A DNA stretch of 64,000 nucleotides from Oikopleura dioica (taxonomy: Eukaryota > Animalia > Chordata), in the NCBI GenBank assembly GCA_907165135.1, contig OU015570.1, positions 1,819,929 to 1,883,928 of the forward strand. The letters run 5' to 3'. The position numbers were made by a program, and so were the translations under genes. Positions 47,319-60,072 of the stretch are shown piece by piece. Numbering within the stretch: position 1 is the first letter of the stretch; each line of letters begins with the position of its first letter. The notes under the pieces are model-generated. The model did not search any database and was not told the DNA's origin. It saw nothing but the letters and a program-made list of their open reading frames with translations.

Positions 47319-49959
47319 GCTACCATCTGCTACCAAAAATGGTATCAATGGTAGCAGGTATCAATCAGCTCTGCGCAAGTGGTAGCAAATGATAGCAGGT
47401 AGCAATGGGGTCTGAAAGGGTGATAGCAAGTGGTAGCAGGTAGCAGCTACATTTTCACGGATTTCGAACTCTTCAAGCGACTGCCAAAATTTTTGAATGG
47501 CGACTGCCACTGCCAAGTGACTGCCAGCCGTTTTTTAAATTGCAACTGCCACTGCTAAGTGACTGCCGAAATCGGCAGCTGCCAGTCGACTGCCAAATAC
47601 TGCCGATTTCGATACTATTTTTAAAAATTTTTAAAGTCAAACTAAGTTCAAAACAGTCTTATTTACAAGTAATACATATAAAAGAGGCGATATCTGAGAT
47701 TTATATGTCTCTTCTAATTAAAAAATTGAAAAATACAGGTCAAGGGAGTGAATTAAGACGTCTCTTCTTGTGAAAAATTTGCGACAATATTAGGCGCGCA
47801 AATACAAGTTTAAGCTGCCCGGTCATTGAGTTTCCTACTACTTAACCCTCGGAGCGGGCACAAATCCATCCGGAATGGACCATTTCTCATCATCAATTTA
47901 TCAAAAGATAATCACAATAATGTTTTTGGACAAGGTATTATTGATTGAGGCGTCCCCCTTGATTAACCAAGGATGTTTGTTAAGTCACCTATGAGCAATA
48001 CAGTTCTCTCTCCCGATAACAATTGAAACATCAGGACTAATATGTCGGTTACTAAGTAGGTTATTGAAGAAATTCTGCATTTGAAAAAACAATGAGAGTA
48101 TTTTATTTATTAGTTCCTACAAAATATTTCTGAAATCTAGAAAGCAAGACATAGAGAGTCAAGAGAGAAAAATAGCCGAATATTGCGTCAGTCTGACTGA
48201 CCTAGTCAGTTTGATGGCAAAGAAACCTTGGGTGTACGGCGGCTTCGTTAGCAATTTGCGAATGCCGTTCGCAATGAAAAATCATGCCATGAGTTTGCGC
48301 TTCGCGCATTTTCTTGTAAAGAACTCATTGGCTTGGCAGGAGCAGTCTTTTTTACCGCTGGGCCACATTTTGAAAAAAGTTGTGAACGATTTTCGGCCAA
48401 AAATTTTTCGATTTTGCGAATGCCGTTCGTAATTTGCGAACGACGTTCGCAAAATGGCCTTTGCGAACGACGCCGCCCGCCATCCGAAACCAGGTCTATA
48501 TTTGGTTTTATGCTTGAGTCAATATGCTGACTTCTCGTTCTGCTCACGCGGTAAAATGCAAAAAAACCCATAATTTATACACCACTAAGAACAAAAACTG
48601 AGTTCGAGAGATTTTTCTTGTTTTTGCTTGTTTACCAATGCAAAATTTTGCATTTCAAACAGTTTCTATTGCCTGGAGCGTGACAATTTCCCGCAGCGCG
48701 AGGCAGCCTCTTGATATTCTCCTGATAACAAGTTTATACAAATAACATTTTGAGAGCATATGAACGTTTTCCTGGTCAGAATTGAATGCGCTTTCCAATA
48801 AGGGTATTAAATTTGAAGATTTGGCCTCATCTAGGATGACTCATCCTAGATTAGTCATTTTAAAAAGGCTTCATTTTAAACTACAATGGCGTGAGTGGGT
48901 TCCGCCCTATCCAAGTTCTGGAAAACAGGGCGAGAACGCTCCACAATTTTTCCATTTCCAGAAAGAGCTAATACAAAAAGTTCTTCTAGATAGGGCGGGA
49001 GTCGTGCACGCTCGAATAGGGCGGCAGCCACGCACGCCAATGTAATTAAAAACTGATTAAAACTCATTAAAGCCTTTTTAATGAGGCCTTTATAAAAATG
49101 AGGCCAATTCAAATTTTAACGAGCTTTGACCCGGACTCGCCGTTGATTTTTCTCTTGTGGCCGGAGGGAAATAAATTAAATCCCTCAAATGCGTAGGTTA
49201 AAACCGACTTACCCGACCAAAAGACAGAAAAAACGACCAAAAGCACCATCGAGTCGATTGCATCGACCAAATCAAGAACATCAAAATTGATAGTCGGATT
49301 GGTCGGCGCCGTTATAATACCGTGGTTTAACATCTTAAGAGCGTTTTTCGGATGACAAGCCTCGCTCAAATCGCTCTTAAGTGTAAAAATTTTCAGTGAA
49401 GGTAGGATGTCAGTGGGATTTTCCATTTTTTCATTGGAAAAATTGTTTTTCGAGATCAGATCATTTTTCCGGAATTGGGCTCGAGCGCATTTCATGATTC
49501 TGAGTTCATTTATTCCTCAAAGTTTAATTACACTGCAAAGATGGCAGGAAACGAGAAAAGAATTCACAAAAAAGTGAATGAATTAAGGTCCAAAGAATTG
49601 TCGCATATTTTTTCGCCCGAACAAAGTATCAATCGTGGCGTTTCCCAAATGTATCCTTTGAATTGAACTCAAGGTGATTCTTTCTTTCATTATTTTAAAA
49701 ATTATATTCGAAAAACATGTCTGAAAAAGGAACAACATGACTCATGACTCATGAGTCATGTAACATGACGAATCATAAGAAAAAAGATATGAAGAGATTC
49801 TAGTGAAGACGTCAAAGAAAAGTTACGTGAAGAAGATAATTAATGAGCTTTTTCGAAAGAAAAATGGTTAAGACATTTCTCTGCGTATTTTTTGACGCCA
49901 ATATAATGATAAATTTAATTACTTGGAGTCAAATCTAAGTAAAAATTCAGACAGGACCG

Positions 49960-50212
49960 TAAGAAATCATCGCTAATTGTATAATTCGAGAAAAATCATC
50001 GAAGAGTACCAAAAAATAAGAATAAATATAAAAACAGGAGGCATCGGGCAGTCGAAGATAAAAAGCTTTTTCAAGTGACACTGCAACTTTCGGGTTTTGA
50101 ATAGAAATTGAAAAAAGTGGCCTTAAAGTGGATTTTTAAGGATGACAGATTTTTGAGATTTTTCGGAAAAGTGGCCTTAAAAGGGTCGGCCTTAAAATGG
50201 GTTATCACTGTA
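49960..50212 (+). repeat. ~250-bp direct repeat of 55843-56500 (empty site of the 55870 MITE)
   Basis: CTAATTGTATA|ATTCGAG here versus the MITE-filled site in the second copy. Confidence 0.85.
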
Positions 50213-51173
50213 AATAAAAATCTTAACAACGCTCTCAAGTTGGAATTTTTGCAGATGACAATATTTTACAATATACGCAAAAACGCTCTTAAGTCGGGCG
50301 CTTTTAAGATGGAAACCACGGTATTTTTAGCAAGACATAAAACTTAGCTTATAAAAGTGTTCTAGAAAAGGATTTTTTGAATACAATGGTTTTCGCCCGA
50401 TTTCAGAGCGTTTTGATCGACTCTTGTCATCTGAAAAACGCTCTTAAAATGGAAAACCACTGTAACTCGTAGTATGGAAAAATATTTCGGTAAGCCTCCG
50501 GGTTCGGGTTAGGTTTTAGTGAGAAATAAAAAGTCTCTTCTTTCTATACCGAAATATTTATCCCTACTCTCCTGTAACTTATTAAAACTGTCTGAGTGCA
50601 TTCGTAAAATCAAGATTATTTTGGTTCCAAACGGACACAGGACCTGTGTACATGTCCACGTCATCCTGTGTCGAGCGCTTTTGAAAAATTGTACTTCACG
50701 AAGAAAAATGAAAATTTTTGGAAAGAGGGGACCAGAGGATGGACGGGATAAAATTTAAATTATGCATAGATTATTGTTTGCGTTCTCGGGAATTTTTATT
50801 AAAAACTCGGACCAATAGGCCATATCGGAACGTTACGCCATCGCCAAAAGGACCGTTACGCCATATATATAGGGAGTGAACGGTGAAAAATTGATTTTTG
50901 TCATATGATTAGGGTGGTCGCACAAAAATCGGCTTTTACTTAATGGGCCGTTCAGGCTCATTTTGAGATATAAATTTATTTACAGATGAGATCAATAGGA
51001 GAAATCTTTTCGACTTTTTATTTTTTGATTATATTTTTCAAAAATTTTTTTCTTCACGCTCATGTATTCTTCAAAGGCATTTCTTGATACCTGAAATATT
51101 AGAATTCTTCGATTATTTATCGTATTAAAAAATTTTGGTTGAGAAATGCCTGATTATCGTCGACGTTCCCTTA

Positions 51174-51745
51174 AGGGTAATGCAGGAAATCGGCGCGGGG
51201 CCTTGCGCTCGCCTCACGGCCGCTCTGGCGATATTTTTCAAATTGAGCTCAAATCTAGAGTTTGGAAGATTATTCCGAAATTCTTTCTGCTACATGATCT
51301 TTGAAGCTCTCTCTATTAGCCGACCAAAAATCAGCAATTTCGTGATCACAGAAGCAGTTGAAAAGCTCGGGGTTTCGTTAACCGCATAGAACTTCTGAAC
51401 TATTCCAACTATTTTTCTGAACAAAAGATCAGTTTGTAGAAGAGTGTTTGATCTTTCCATCCTTGGATTTAGAATTTTGAATAACGCCTTTATTATCGAG
51501 AACTTATCCCGTTGCGCTCTATTTCTCACGCTGAAAATCGGAAACTGACGGCGTTCGGATTTAGCGCGGACTTCGAGCGATCATATCTAAATATTTAGAA
51601 CTTAATTCAAAATTCTAAATCCAAGGATGGTAAGATCAAACACTCTTCTACAAATTGGAGATAGATTTGAGCTCAACTTGAAAAATATCGGCAGAGCGGG
51701 CGTAAGGCGAGCGCGAGGCCCCTCGCAGATTTCCTGCATTATGGA
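51174..51745. mobile_element. MITE with ~100-bp imperfect TIRs (TTAA-GGGTAATGCAGGAAAT...ATTTCCTGCATTA)
   Basis: Inverted match between 51178-51280 and 51645-51742; the right terminus is degenerate. Confidence 0.55.
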
Positions 51746-53959
51746 CCGCCTCCAAAATCTTTGTTTTTGGCCCGCATCGCGTTGACAAAATTCGAACTTA
51801 TTTTCATTTTTAGATTCCTTATATTGGCTCCAACAGTAATCACCAGGAAGCAAAAAATTGATTTTGGGATAAAAACATATTATTGAAAAGTATTTTTCAA
51901 AATTCTGCCGAACCGTTTCGTATCCCTTCCAAGAGCGCGAATTACACGATGCAGTGAACCTCTTCATAAGTTCAAGCAATCGCATTAGTCATGGCTTTGA
52001 ATAGCCTTTAAATAAGTATAAAAATAAAGATGAGAAGTCATAATCTTTTAAAAGAATTAAGAATTAAAAAGTAAAAGATAATTCAATTTAAACAAAATTA
52101 ACCCAAAATAATAAAAAAATGGAATAAAATAGATGAAAAATTCTCACCCCATTCTCGACTTCAAGAACCAATACAGGTATAAGTTAATACTCATAGATTT
52201 TTTTAATTCAGCTTCTCACAATTACGGTTCTACCCTGAATTGGTCATAACTTTTAAAACACCGCTGCACAGTTTAGGCTGCTCACAATTAAAGGCGTTTG
52301 TAAAAATTTTTGAAAGTTTTAAAGAATAAAGAGCAGCCTTTAGAAAGTAAATCATACATCGCCAGAGTTTGTGAAGAATTTAAAAATCAATAATTAAAAC
52401 AAATATTAAACAAATTTAAAAACCTCTGAAAGATGCGCCTCATAGCTATGTTAGCATTATTGCATCGGAACTTAATACAATGGACCGAGCGATAAATCAC
52501 GTCGAGCTTATTGATGAATGCAGAGCGCGAGAAGAGTTTGACTTTTTGAGAAGAAAAATAAAGTTTCAGCAAAGAGATAAAATAATCTGAAAATGAGAAA
52601 ACAAGTTCAGATGCGTTTGTTAATCTTGCACTCTTATCCGTTACAAAGGAGCTTGCCTCTTTTCTATTTCGGCTTGGCCACTTGAATCAGTGATTTATTG
52701 AAACTTTTTTGAAAGGCTTGAACAGTGCGGAAACGTAGAGATGCGCGACTCACAAGCAAATCGGTATAATTTTTGTATCACTATCATTAGCGTTATTTTA
52801 TTAACGTTAACGAAGCTACAGAAAGGCAGGGTGGCTCTATAATTGGCGATTTTAAATGTCAACGGAAAATTTTCTCTTGCTCTTGTGATCATCCATAAAC
52901 AAAAAATAATCGGATAAGAAATAATAATATTATTATTAGCTGTGTTCGAGGCAAATTCAGGGAATGCAACAAAATCGATAGTCGAGCAGTTTTGCAAAAG
53001 AAAATTTCTTCCGTAGAAAGAAAAGTCAGCGAATCGAAAAAACGGAAGAGCGAGAAAAACCTTTTGCTGATTTGACGAATATTCTGCCACCAAAAAAGAT
53101 TGACAACGACGAATGACAATCGCTTTGAAAAACAAAAAGACGATAACGGAGATGCGAGCAACATTTTCATGGAGAACATTACGCCGTCTAAGATAATCAA
53201 CGTTTCGACTGCTGAAGATAGATTCTTAAATTTGAAAAAATGAAGAAAGTCGATTTTCAAGCAAATGAATCCGTCCAAAAATTTCAAAAGAAGTTAGGAG
53301 ACGCTTATCCCCTACGGGCAATCAATTTTCTCAAATTATAGTTTATATTGTGCTGGATTTTTATGTCATTGGTGTAAACATATATTTCTTTCAATCAATC
53401 ATTTTGTCAGTAATCATCTATGGATAAAGTGGTGTTTTTTATTATTTATAAATCATGTTTAATTGTTATTTAAAAGATAACGTTTATCACGTCGACACAT
53501 GTTCTCGCCTTCTTTGGTCTCTGAAAAACAACTCTACAAGGAATCAAAGTCTATTTTACTCGGTAATACTTTCAAATTTGAAATAATATCAATCTGTCAG
53601 GACCCTCACAATCACTTTGAATTCTCAATTTGGCTACAGGCGATTCAGAACAAAAGAAACAAGCAAAAACTTGTCATCGAAGAGACAAAGGGCCGTCAAA
53701 TTGATTCTATAATAATGAGGTAAGATAAAATATAAATGATAAATAAGTTTTTCCTTTTGAAAAGCTGTTTTTTAATTCAACTCAAAACAATATTTTAATT
53801 AATTAAATCGTTGATATTTATCATGTTAAGTATCTATATTGATTGGGACATGGTAACTCAGAGATCTTTTACTCCAACAAAAGAAAATGACGACACTATT
53901 GACGAAAATGATATTATATTGAAGTTGACGTTTTATAATTGAGTTTCCATCATTTTATT

Positions 53960-53998
53960 GTGTTGAACGTTTTCGAGCAAAGCTCTTCATCAGAACAC
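53960..53998 (-). ncRNA. Minimal type I hammerhead ribozyme (consensus-intact)
   Basis: GTGTT-CTGATGA-A-GAGC-TTT-GCTC-GAAA-ACGT-TC-AACAC: stem I GTGTT/AACAC, core CUGAUGA and GAAA, palindromic stem III, UC cleavage site. Confidence 0.8.
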
Positions 53999-54120
53999 TA
54001 GGAGAAAGCAGAAACATAAGGAACAGAAAGGAAGAGTTAACCTGTAAAAAGTCAGTCCCATCCGCACAATTTTGCAGGTTAACTCTTCCTTTCTGTTCCT
54101 TATGTTTCTACCTTCTCCTA

Positions 54121-54159
54121 GTGTTCTGATGAAGAGCTTTGCTCGAAACCGTTCAACAC
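54121..54159 (+). ncRNA. Minimal type I hammerhead ribozyme (stem III variant CCGT)
   Basis: GTGTT-CTGATGA-A-GAGC-TTT-GCTC-GAAA-CCGT-TC-AACAC followed by AATAAA. Confidence 0.7.
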
Positions 54160-55869
54160 AATAAAATGATGGAAATTCGAAAATGATATTGGTCATTTTA
54201 TAACAGTATTTATACAAGCGGACACGAGTTCCTTGTATCTTCAAGATCACATTTATCGAGAATGAGCTTAAAAATGCATTTATTTTTTGGAACCCTAAAA
54301 AAACATTTGAAAAGCTCACAAAAGATACCACGAGCAATATTGGCCGTTTCTTTTTCCAGCAATTGACGCAGTTTTCTCTTTGTTTTACGGAAATAATATC
54401 CAAAAAAGAACGACAACAAACATGTGCCCTCAGGGAAGTCTAGGTAAAACTTATTTTGTGAAAATTTTCTTTGGAGTTCCAGATTGCGGCCCGTTAACGA
54501 TTATTGACAGCGAAGCTTTTCTGAAATTTGGCGCTGACCATGCAGGAAGGAGTTAAAAATATTTTTCGAAAATCCTTTTATTTTTATCTTGATGGCTAAC
54601 TCAAAACAGAGTATTTCTACTTTTCACGAGATGACATCACTGAAGCGCGAAATCAACATCGGTAAGCCATTTTGGAAAAATTATTTAACCCTATCTCGAG
54701 CATTCAAAATTATCCTATCTCGAGCGCGAGCACACGGCCGTGAGCTCGCCCATCTAGAGAAAAATGTCATTTCATTCAATCTCTTGTCTGTGCGAAGGGC
54801 ATTAATTGCAAGAAAGCTGGTCTGTAAGACAGTAAATAAAACAGTCCTGATCATCGCAAGCCTCTTTGGTCATTTTGGGGGTGACCCGTCCCGATCCGAC
54901 CGTGAAAAGGGTGGTCGGCGCCGACCCTAGCCCTCAGCACAGACAGAGAGAGAGAGAATGAACTGACAGTTTTTCTCTAGATGGGCGAGCTCATCGCTGT
55001 GTGCTCGCGCTCGAGATAGGGTTAATAAATTTATCTCAAAGCGTTTTCTGGCATATGGACAATTATGAAGAAAACGTCGAATTCAAGCGAAAATAATACT
55101 TATTCTGTGTAGTACATTAGATCAAGTGTAAATATATCTTTTAAACATAAACACTTTGAAACTAATTTTTGTCAGAAAACCCAAATAATTATGGTCGATT
55201 GTAAAAATAATCAGATATTTAAGATATTCTCACCGATAAGCTAACCCGCGGTACATTTAAACTACCAAAAAATCGTAAAAATTGCCGGTAAATAAATATG
55301 AAAGGCGGTTAATTTTTTAAAATTGAGATAAAATTCGAATTTTTATATAAACCAACCGGCCGGTCTTGCTACTTATCTTTTTCAAAATCGATAAAATTAT
55401 TTAAAAACCAAAATTTGAGCGTTTTTTGACAGAAAATAATCAAAAATTAACCGAGAAATTTCTCGCCATCTGAGTGGTCTTCCAGCAGGGAGGTCCTCCG
55501 GGGATCCTCCGGCCAAACTTGACCAAAGTTAACCATAGGTGGCCATATACTGACCGACCACGGCCATATATTGAATTTTTTTAATACTGGTCTTCCAGCG
55601 GATGGTCTTCTACCATAGAGGTCCTCCGGGGTCCTCCGGCCAAACTTGACCATGGCTGGCCATAGCTGGCCATATTCTGGCCGATAATATAGAAAAAAAC
55701 GAAATTTTGAGCGTTTTTTGACAAAAAAATCATCAAACATTGACCAAGAAATTTCTCGCCATCTGATTGGTCGATTCCAAAAATTCGGTCGATGCTACAA
55801 ACAACAGACTCTAAGCTTTCATATGAGGTGTTGATCAGCCTCCCGTAAGAAATCATCGCTAATTGTATA

Positions 55870-56266
55870 CAGTGAAAACTCAAAAATTGGCCGGTTTTCA
55901 GATCCAAATTTCCGAAAAAAGCGGCCAAATTTTGAGTTTTTTGCCGGGTAGCCAAGCTTCCTCATCAAAAATGCAAAGTTTCGAAATTTTCGAATTTGGG
56001 CATGATTTTCACGTTTTTGATGAATTTTATTCAATTTTTTTGCTTGTTCTAAGTCATTTTTATCAAAATAAAGTTATTTTAGATGATTTAAACGCTTCAA
56101 AATAGCTAAAAATGGTCAGAAAGACCATAATTTGGGTCTATTATGATGCAAATATTTTTTTTTTTGAAAAAGCGGCCAATTTTTGAGTCTTTTTCAGATT
56201 CAAAATTCAGCTAATTTCGATCAAAACCGGCCAAATTTAGAGTAGGCAAATTTTGAGTTTTCACTG
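55870..56266. mobile_element. Tc1/mariner-type MITE (397 bp)
   Basis: TIR CAGTGAAAACTC / GAGTTTTCACTG at a TA site; the matching empty site is at ~49980. Confidence 0.88.
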
Positions 56267-57701
56267 TTATTCGAGAAAAAATCATCGAAGAGTACCAAAA
56301 AATAAGAATAAATATAAAAACAGGAGGCATCGGGCAGTCGAAGATAAAAAGCTTTTTCAAGTGACACTGCAATTTTCGGGTTTTGAATAGAAATTGAAAA
56401 AAGTGGCTTTAAAGTGGATTTTTTAAGGATGACAGATTTTTGAGATTTTTCGGAAAAGTGGCCTTAAAAGGGTCGGCCTTAAAATGGGTTATCACTGTAA
56501 CCGGAAAGACCCTAAATCGGCTGCACAAACTTACGTACTTGCATCAAATCTCACGAAAAATCACTTTTTCGAAAATTTTTTTTTTGAGTTCCCCCGTCAA
56601 TCCGGATCCAAATACACTCCCTCATCATGCGAAAAGCGTGCGCGCATGAATATTTTGCCATTTCAAAAAACTATATTTTCATGTCCCAATGGACTTTCAC
56701 CTCTGACAAAATGGACACAACCATGGAAGAAATCGACGAGTCCTCAGACGAATTCATGGAAATCGAGCAAGAGGATCAAATGGATATCGCCTAATTCAAA
56801 AGTCTTTCCTTCCCTACATTGATACAATTCGTTGACAGTTTCAAAATCTCAAGCTTCAATCGTTCTTACATTGCCAACCCATTGATACACTTCCTGACAG
56901 ATACTCTTCATTGATAAATCTTGTTCTTTTCAATTCAATTATAAATCTCAAGTTCCAAACTTCTTCAGAAAAACTGTCAAATCATTGAAATAAAGAATCT
57001 ATAAAAACAATATCATGTTCTTCACAGTTGAGTTTTGTTTATTGAGCTCAGTCATTGAGATAATTTTAAAAGTAAAATAACATTAAGTTTAACTCTTATC
57101 GGAAAAAGTTCCGAGCGTCATTTTTTGATTCCTCAGGAAATTTGGAGCAAAGATCACCTCATGCACTTTTCGCTATCTCAACTCCATCTCCTGGAAATTG
57201 CGACTAAAGTGCAGAAAATTAGTGTTTTTTGAAAGTTAACCCAATATTATGAAATTTCAACCCTTTACAATAGCTGCAGATGATACATTTTTGGAAAGCT
57301 CACATTCAGCACATTCATTAAGGGTAGGGCTGAGGGCGTCTGGGCTATGCCCAAAGGGCAATTAATAGGAATAAATAGTCAAATATAGGTACCTTGGTTT
57401 ATTGAAAAAATTCTTAAGAAAAAGTTATCAAATAAAAAAAAGCTTCTGTAAATTTTAAGATTAGGGTCTAAGAAACCTAGAAAGAGTTAAAGTTGATAGG
57501 CCCATTATGTAAACTTTGGAGTTTTGTAGTCCTGAAGATGGTCTAGTTTCGCGATTTTAGCCGAGATGTCAACTTTGAAGCCGCCGAAAGTGGCTTTTTC
57601 CTTGGGATTACGGAAAAAGCTTCTGTAATTCAGAAGATCTAAGATTGATCTCTATTAAAAGCTATTATGGGGTACTCTGGCACGACGGAAGTATACAATT
57701 A

Positions 57702-57865
57702 GCCTGGGTATCAGACCCAGGATTCGTTTCAGAAGTGACGCCTGGGTATGATACCCAGACTTCGTTTTAGAAGTGACGCCTGGGTCTAATACCCAGGATT
57801 CATTTTAAAAAGTGACGCCTGGGTCTAATACCCAGGATACCCCTACAGAAGTGACGCCTGGGTAC
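57702..57865. repeat. 38-39-bp minisatellite, 4 full units plus a partial one, each with a CCTGGGT-N5-ACCCAG hairpin
   Basis: Unit starts at 57702, 57740, 57778, 57817 and 57856. Confidence 0.85.
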
Positions 57866-58845
57866 AAAAGCGGGCAAGCGGGTGAGCAGACTTTGTTGTG
57901 ATTGATTCTTTGAAATTTTCGACGAAATCCATGATCTTTGGAATCTGATTGATGATGTTTTCGCCGTCTTCTAAAGCAGTTGTTATTTTTATTGTTCTAG
58001 ATGCGGAGAGATTGTTGTTTTTTTAAGTGCGGGCATAATTTAGAATCCTGTAAAGAGAATTTTATTATATATGCGGTCAATCTTCGGGGTAGGGATCCCG
58101 AAGAATAGACGATGTTAAACACGCTCAATCTTCGGGGTAAAATCCCGAAGAGCTACCTTATAAAATGCGGTCAATCTTCGGGGTCTTGAAAATTCAGAGA
58201 CGAAGAATAACCGATGCACAATGCGGTGATTCTTCGGGGTCAAATGAGTGTTTTCGAGATCATCAAGTGCAAAATTTCGCTGCCGCGTTATCGAAATTCC
58301 TATCATCCGCCCGCCTTATGAATGTTGCTATCAGCACAAGAGTTGGTAAAAAAGTATACTTCACCCTGCGCTTCAAAAATCCCCAAAGACTTTTTTCCGA
58401 TAAAAAAATTAAAATCATAGTATTTGCTAAAATAAAGGTTAGGGTTAGGGGGCACCTTCAAAAATGACGGAACAACTTACCCGAGGGGGATAGGCTACCG
58501 AAGGTAACCCTAAGTAACCCTAGACTATAGGTCTTACTATTCTGCTCGTTTCATAAAAAGAACACATAATTCCGCCAAAGGCAATTGCGCGTCTGACGCC
58601 CGCTCGCCTTACCACTGCTCTTGGGCGCCGCCTACATTTTTTGAAATGGCCTTCGGCGCCGCGAGATGAGCTAGTTCACTTTCAACTGTCTTTCCTGAAA
58701 CTCAACTACGACTTCTGAACTTCAATCACTACAACTCGTTGTGAACTGCTACAACTCGTTGTGAACCTATTCTTCTCGATCCGAACTGTTCTTACTGACC
58801 ATCATCTGTTCCAGCCGAATACGAAGCTAAAGTAAACCCTATATA

Positions 58846-59105
58846 CAGTGTTTGAAAACCCGCAACATTTTCCGCGGGCGCGGGCGGGCGCGGGGGCCGA
58901 TTTCAAAATTTTGTGCGGGTGCGGGCGGGCGCGGGGGCCGATTTCAAAATTTTGCGCGGTTGCGGGCGGGCGCGGGGGCCGATTCCAAAATTTTGCGCGG
59001 GTGCGGGCGGGCGCGGGCGGAGGCCCCGCAAAAATCGCGCCCGCGGGCGCCCGGGGGCAGGGGGCGCCCGTTACCCTCGCGCCCGAAGGCTGCGCGGGTT
59101 CCAGG
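58846..59105 (+). repeat. GC-rich GCGGGCGCGGG repeat element with CAGTGTTTGAAAA end (relatives at ~44765-44977 and ~60335-60488)
   Basis: Shared terminal 13-mer and repeated GCGGGCGGGCGCGGGGGCCGAT units. Confidence 0.65.
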
Positions 59106-59961
59106 GATATTAATCAGCAAATTACCGTGGTTTTCCATTTTAAGAGCGTTTTTTAGATGACAGGGTTTGCCTAAAACGCTCTTAAATTGGAAATTTTTCT
59201 ATCGATATAGGATGACAGTGGTTATTTTCATTTTTCAGGGAATTTCGAAAGTATGAAACAGAAAAGATCTAGAAGCAAAAGTAATTGTATATCAAGATGA
59301 GAACGTGAGTGATTTTTTCAGGATTTTGCTCGAGCGCTTTTTCTTAATCTGATCTCTTTCATTCTTCAAAATTTAAACAACGAAAATGCCTGGAGAAGAA
59401 AAGAAAAACACATGTCTTTGGCTTAGAAGAAAAAATATGCGCAGATTCTGGTGAAGGCTCAAAAGAAAGGATGGGAGAAAGACTGTCATGGAGATCTAAT
59501 AGATAATCCGAAGGAAAATGATGGGGAAGACATGCCTCAGGGTACATTTTCTAGCCTTTGTAGGAATAGGTAAATTAAATATCTAGGAATCAGATTAAAA
59601 GCAAAAGAGCTCCGACCCTGATGGTCCGTCGGCGATGGAGATTGGAGAAGAACCTCAAGTTCAAATGACAGAAGGAGCCGACACTACCAAACCATTGACT
59701 TTAAAATGGCCGGAAAAGCAGTCAGAGATTACACGTTTTAGTTAATGATTTATTTGAGTCTAAAAATTTTTTGATTGCATAAAAATCTTCAAAAACGCTC
59801 TTAAATTTGAATTTTCGCAGATAACATAATTTGCAAAATGTTGGCGAAAACGCTCTTAAATTGGGCGCTCTTAAAATGGAAAACCACGGTATAGAAGAAT
59901 AACTCTCAAAAATAACAACCATAATTAAGCTAAAAACTAAGTTAATTTGAATTTTCGGAAC

Positions 59962-60072
59962 AATGGGTGTGGGTGGGTTTGGGGACAAAACTGAGATTGA
60001 TCAACTCAGAGTTCCAAGCCTTCGTCAAGCCCCTTAAACCAAAAATCAAGGAACGGGGCTGAGACGGCCCGA
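59962..60072 (+). repeat. Dispersed G-run/56-bp-unit element, copy 4 (single unit)
   Basis: Matches 693-810. Confidence 0.85.

Larger units (their letters stand above)
53945..54175. repeat. ~230-bp near-perfect palindrome (arms ~105 bp)
   Basis: TTCCATCATTTTATTG...GTTAACCTG / CAGGTTAAC...CAATAAAATGATGGAA with a few mismatches. Confidence 0.92.

Noticed and set aside
57530-57575. CTGAAGATGGTC resembling a hammerhead core
   Set aside because: No closing stem II and no GAAA follow.
57702-57865. CRISPR-like look of palindromic repeats (also the 56-bp arrays at 755-1077 and 21276-21590)
   Set aside because: The units are contiguous, and the 'spacers' are homologous to each other. There are no cas genes and the context is eukaryotic.
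59380-59560. Possible pogo/CENP-B helix-turn-helix remnant
   Set aside because: Only a vague resemblance over ~25 residues with an in-frame stop; not supportable.
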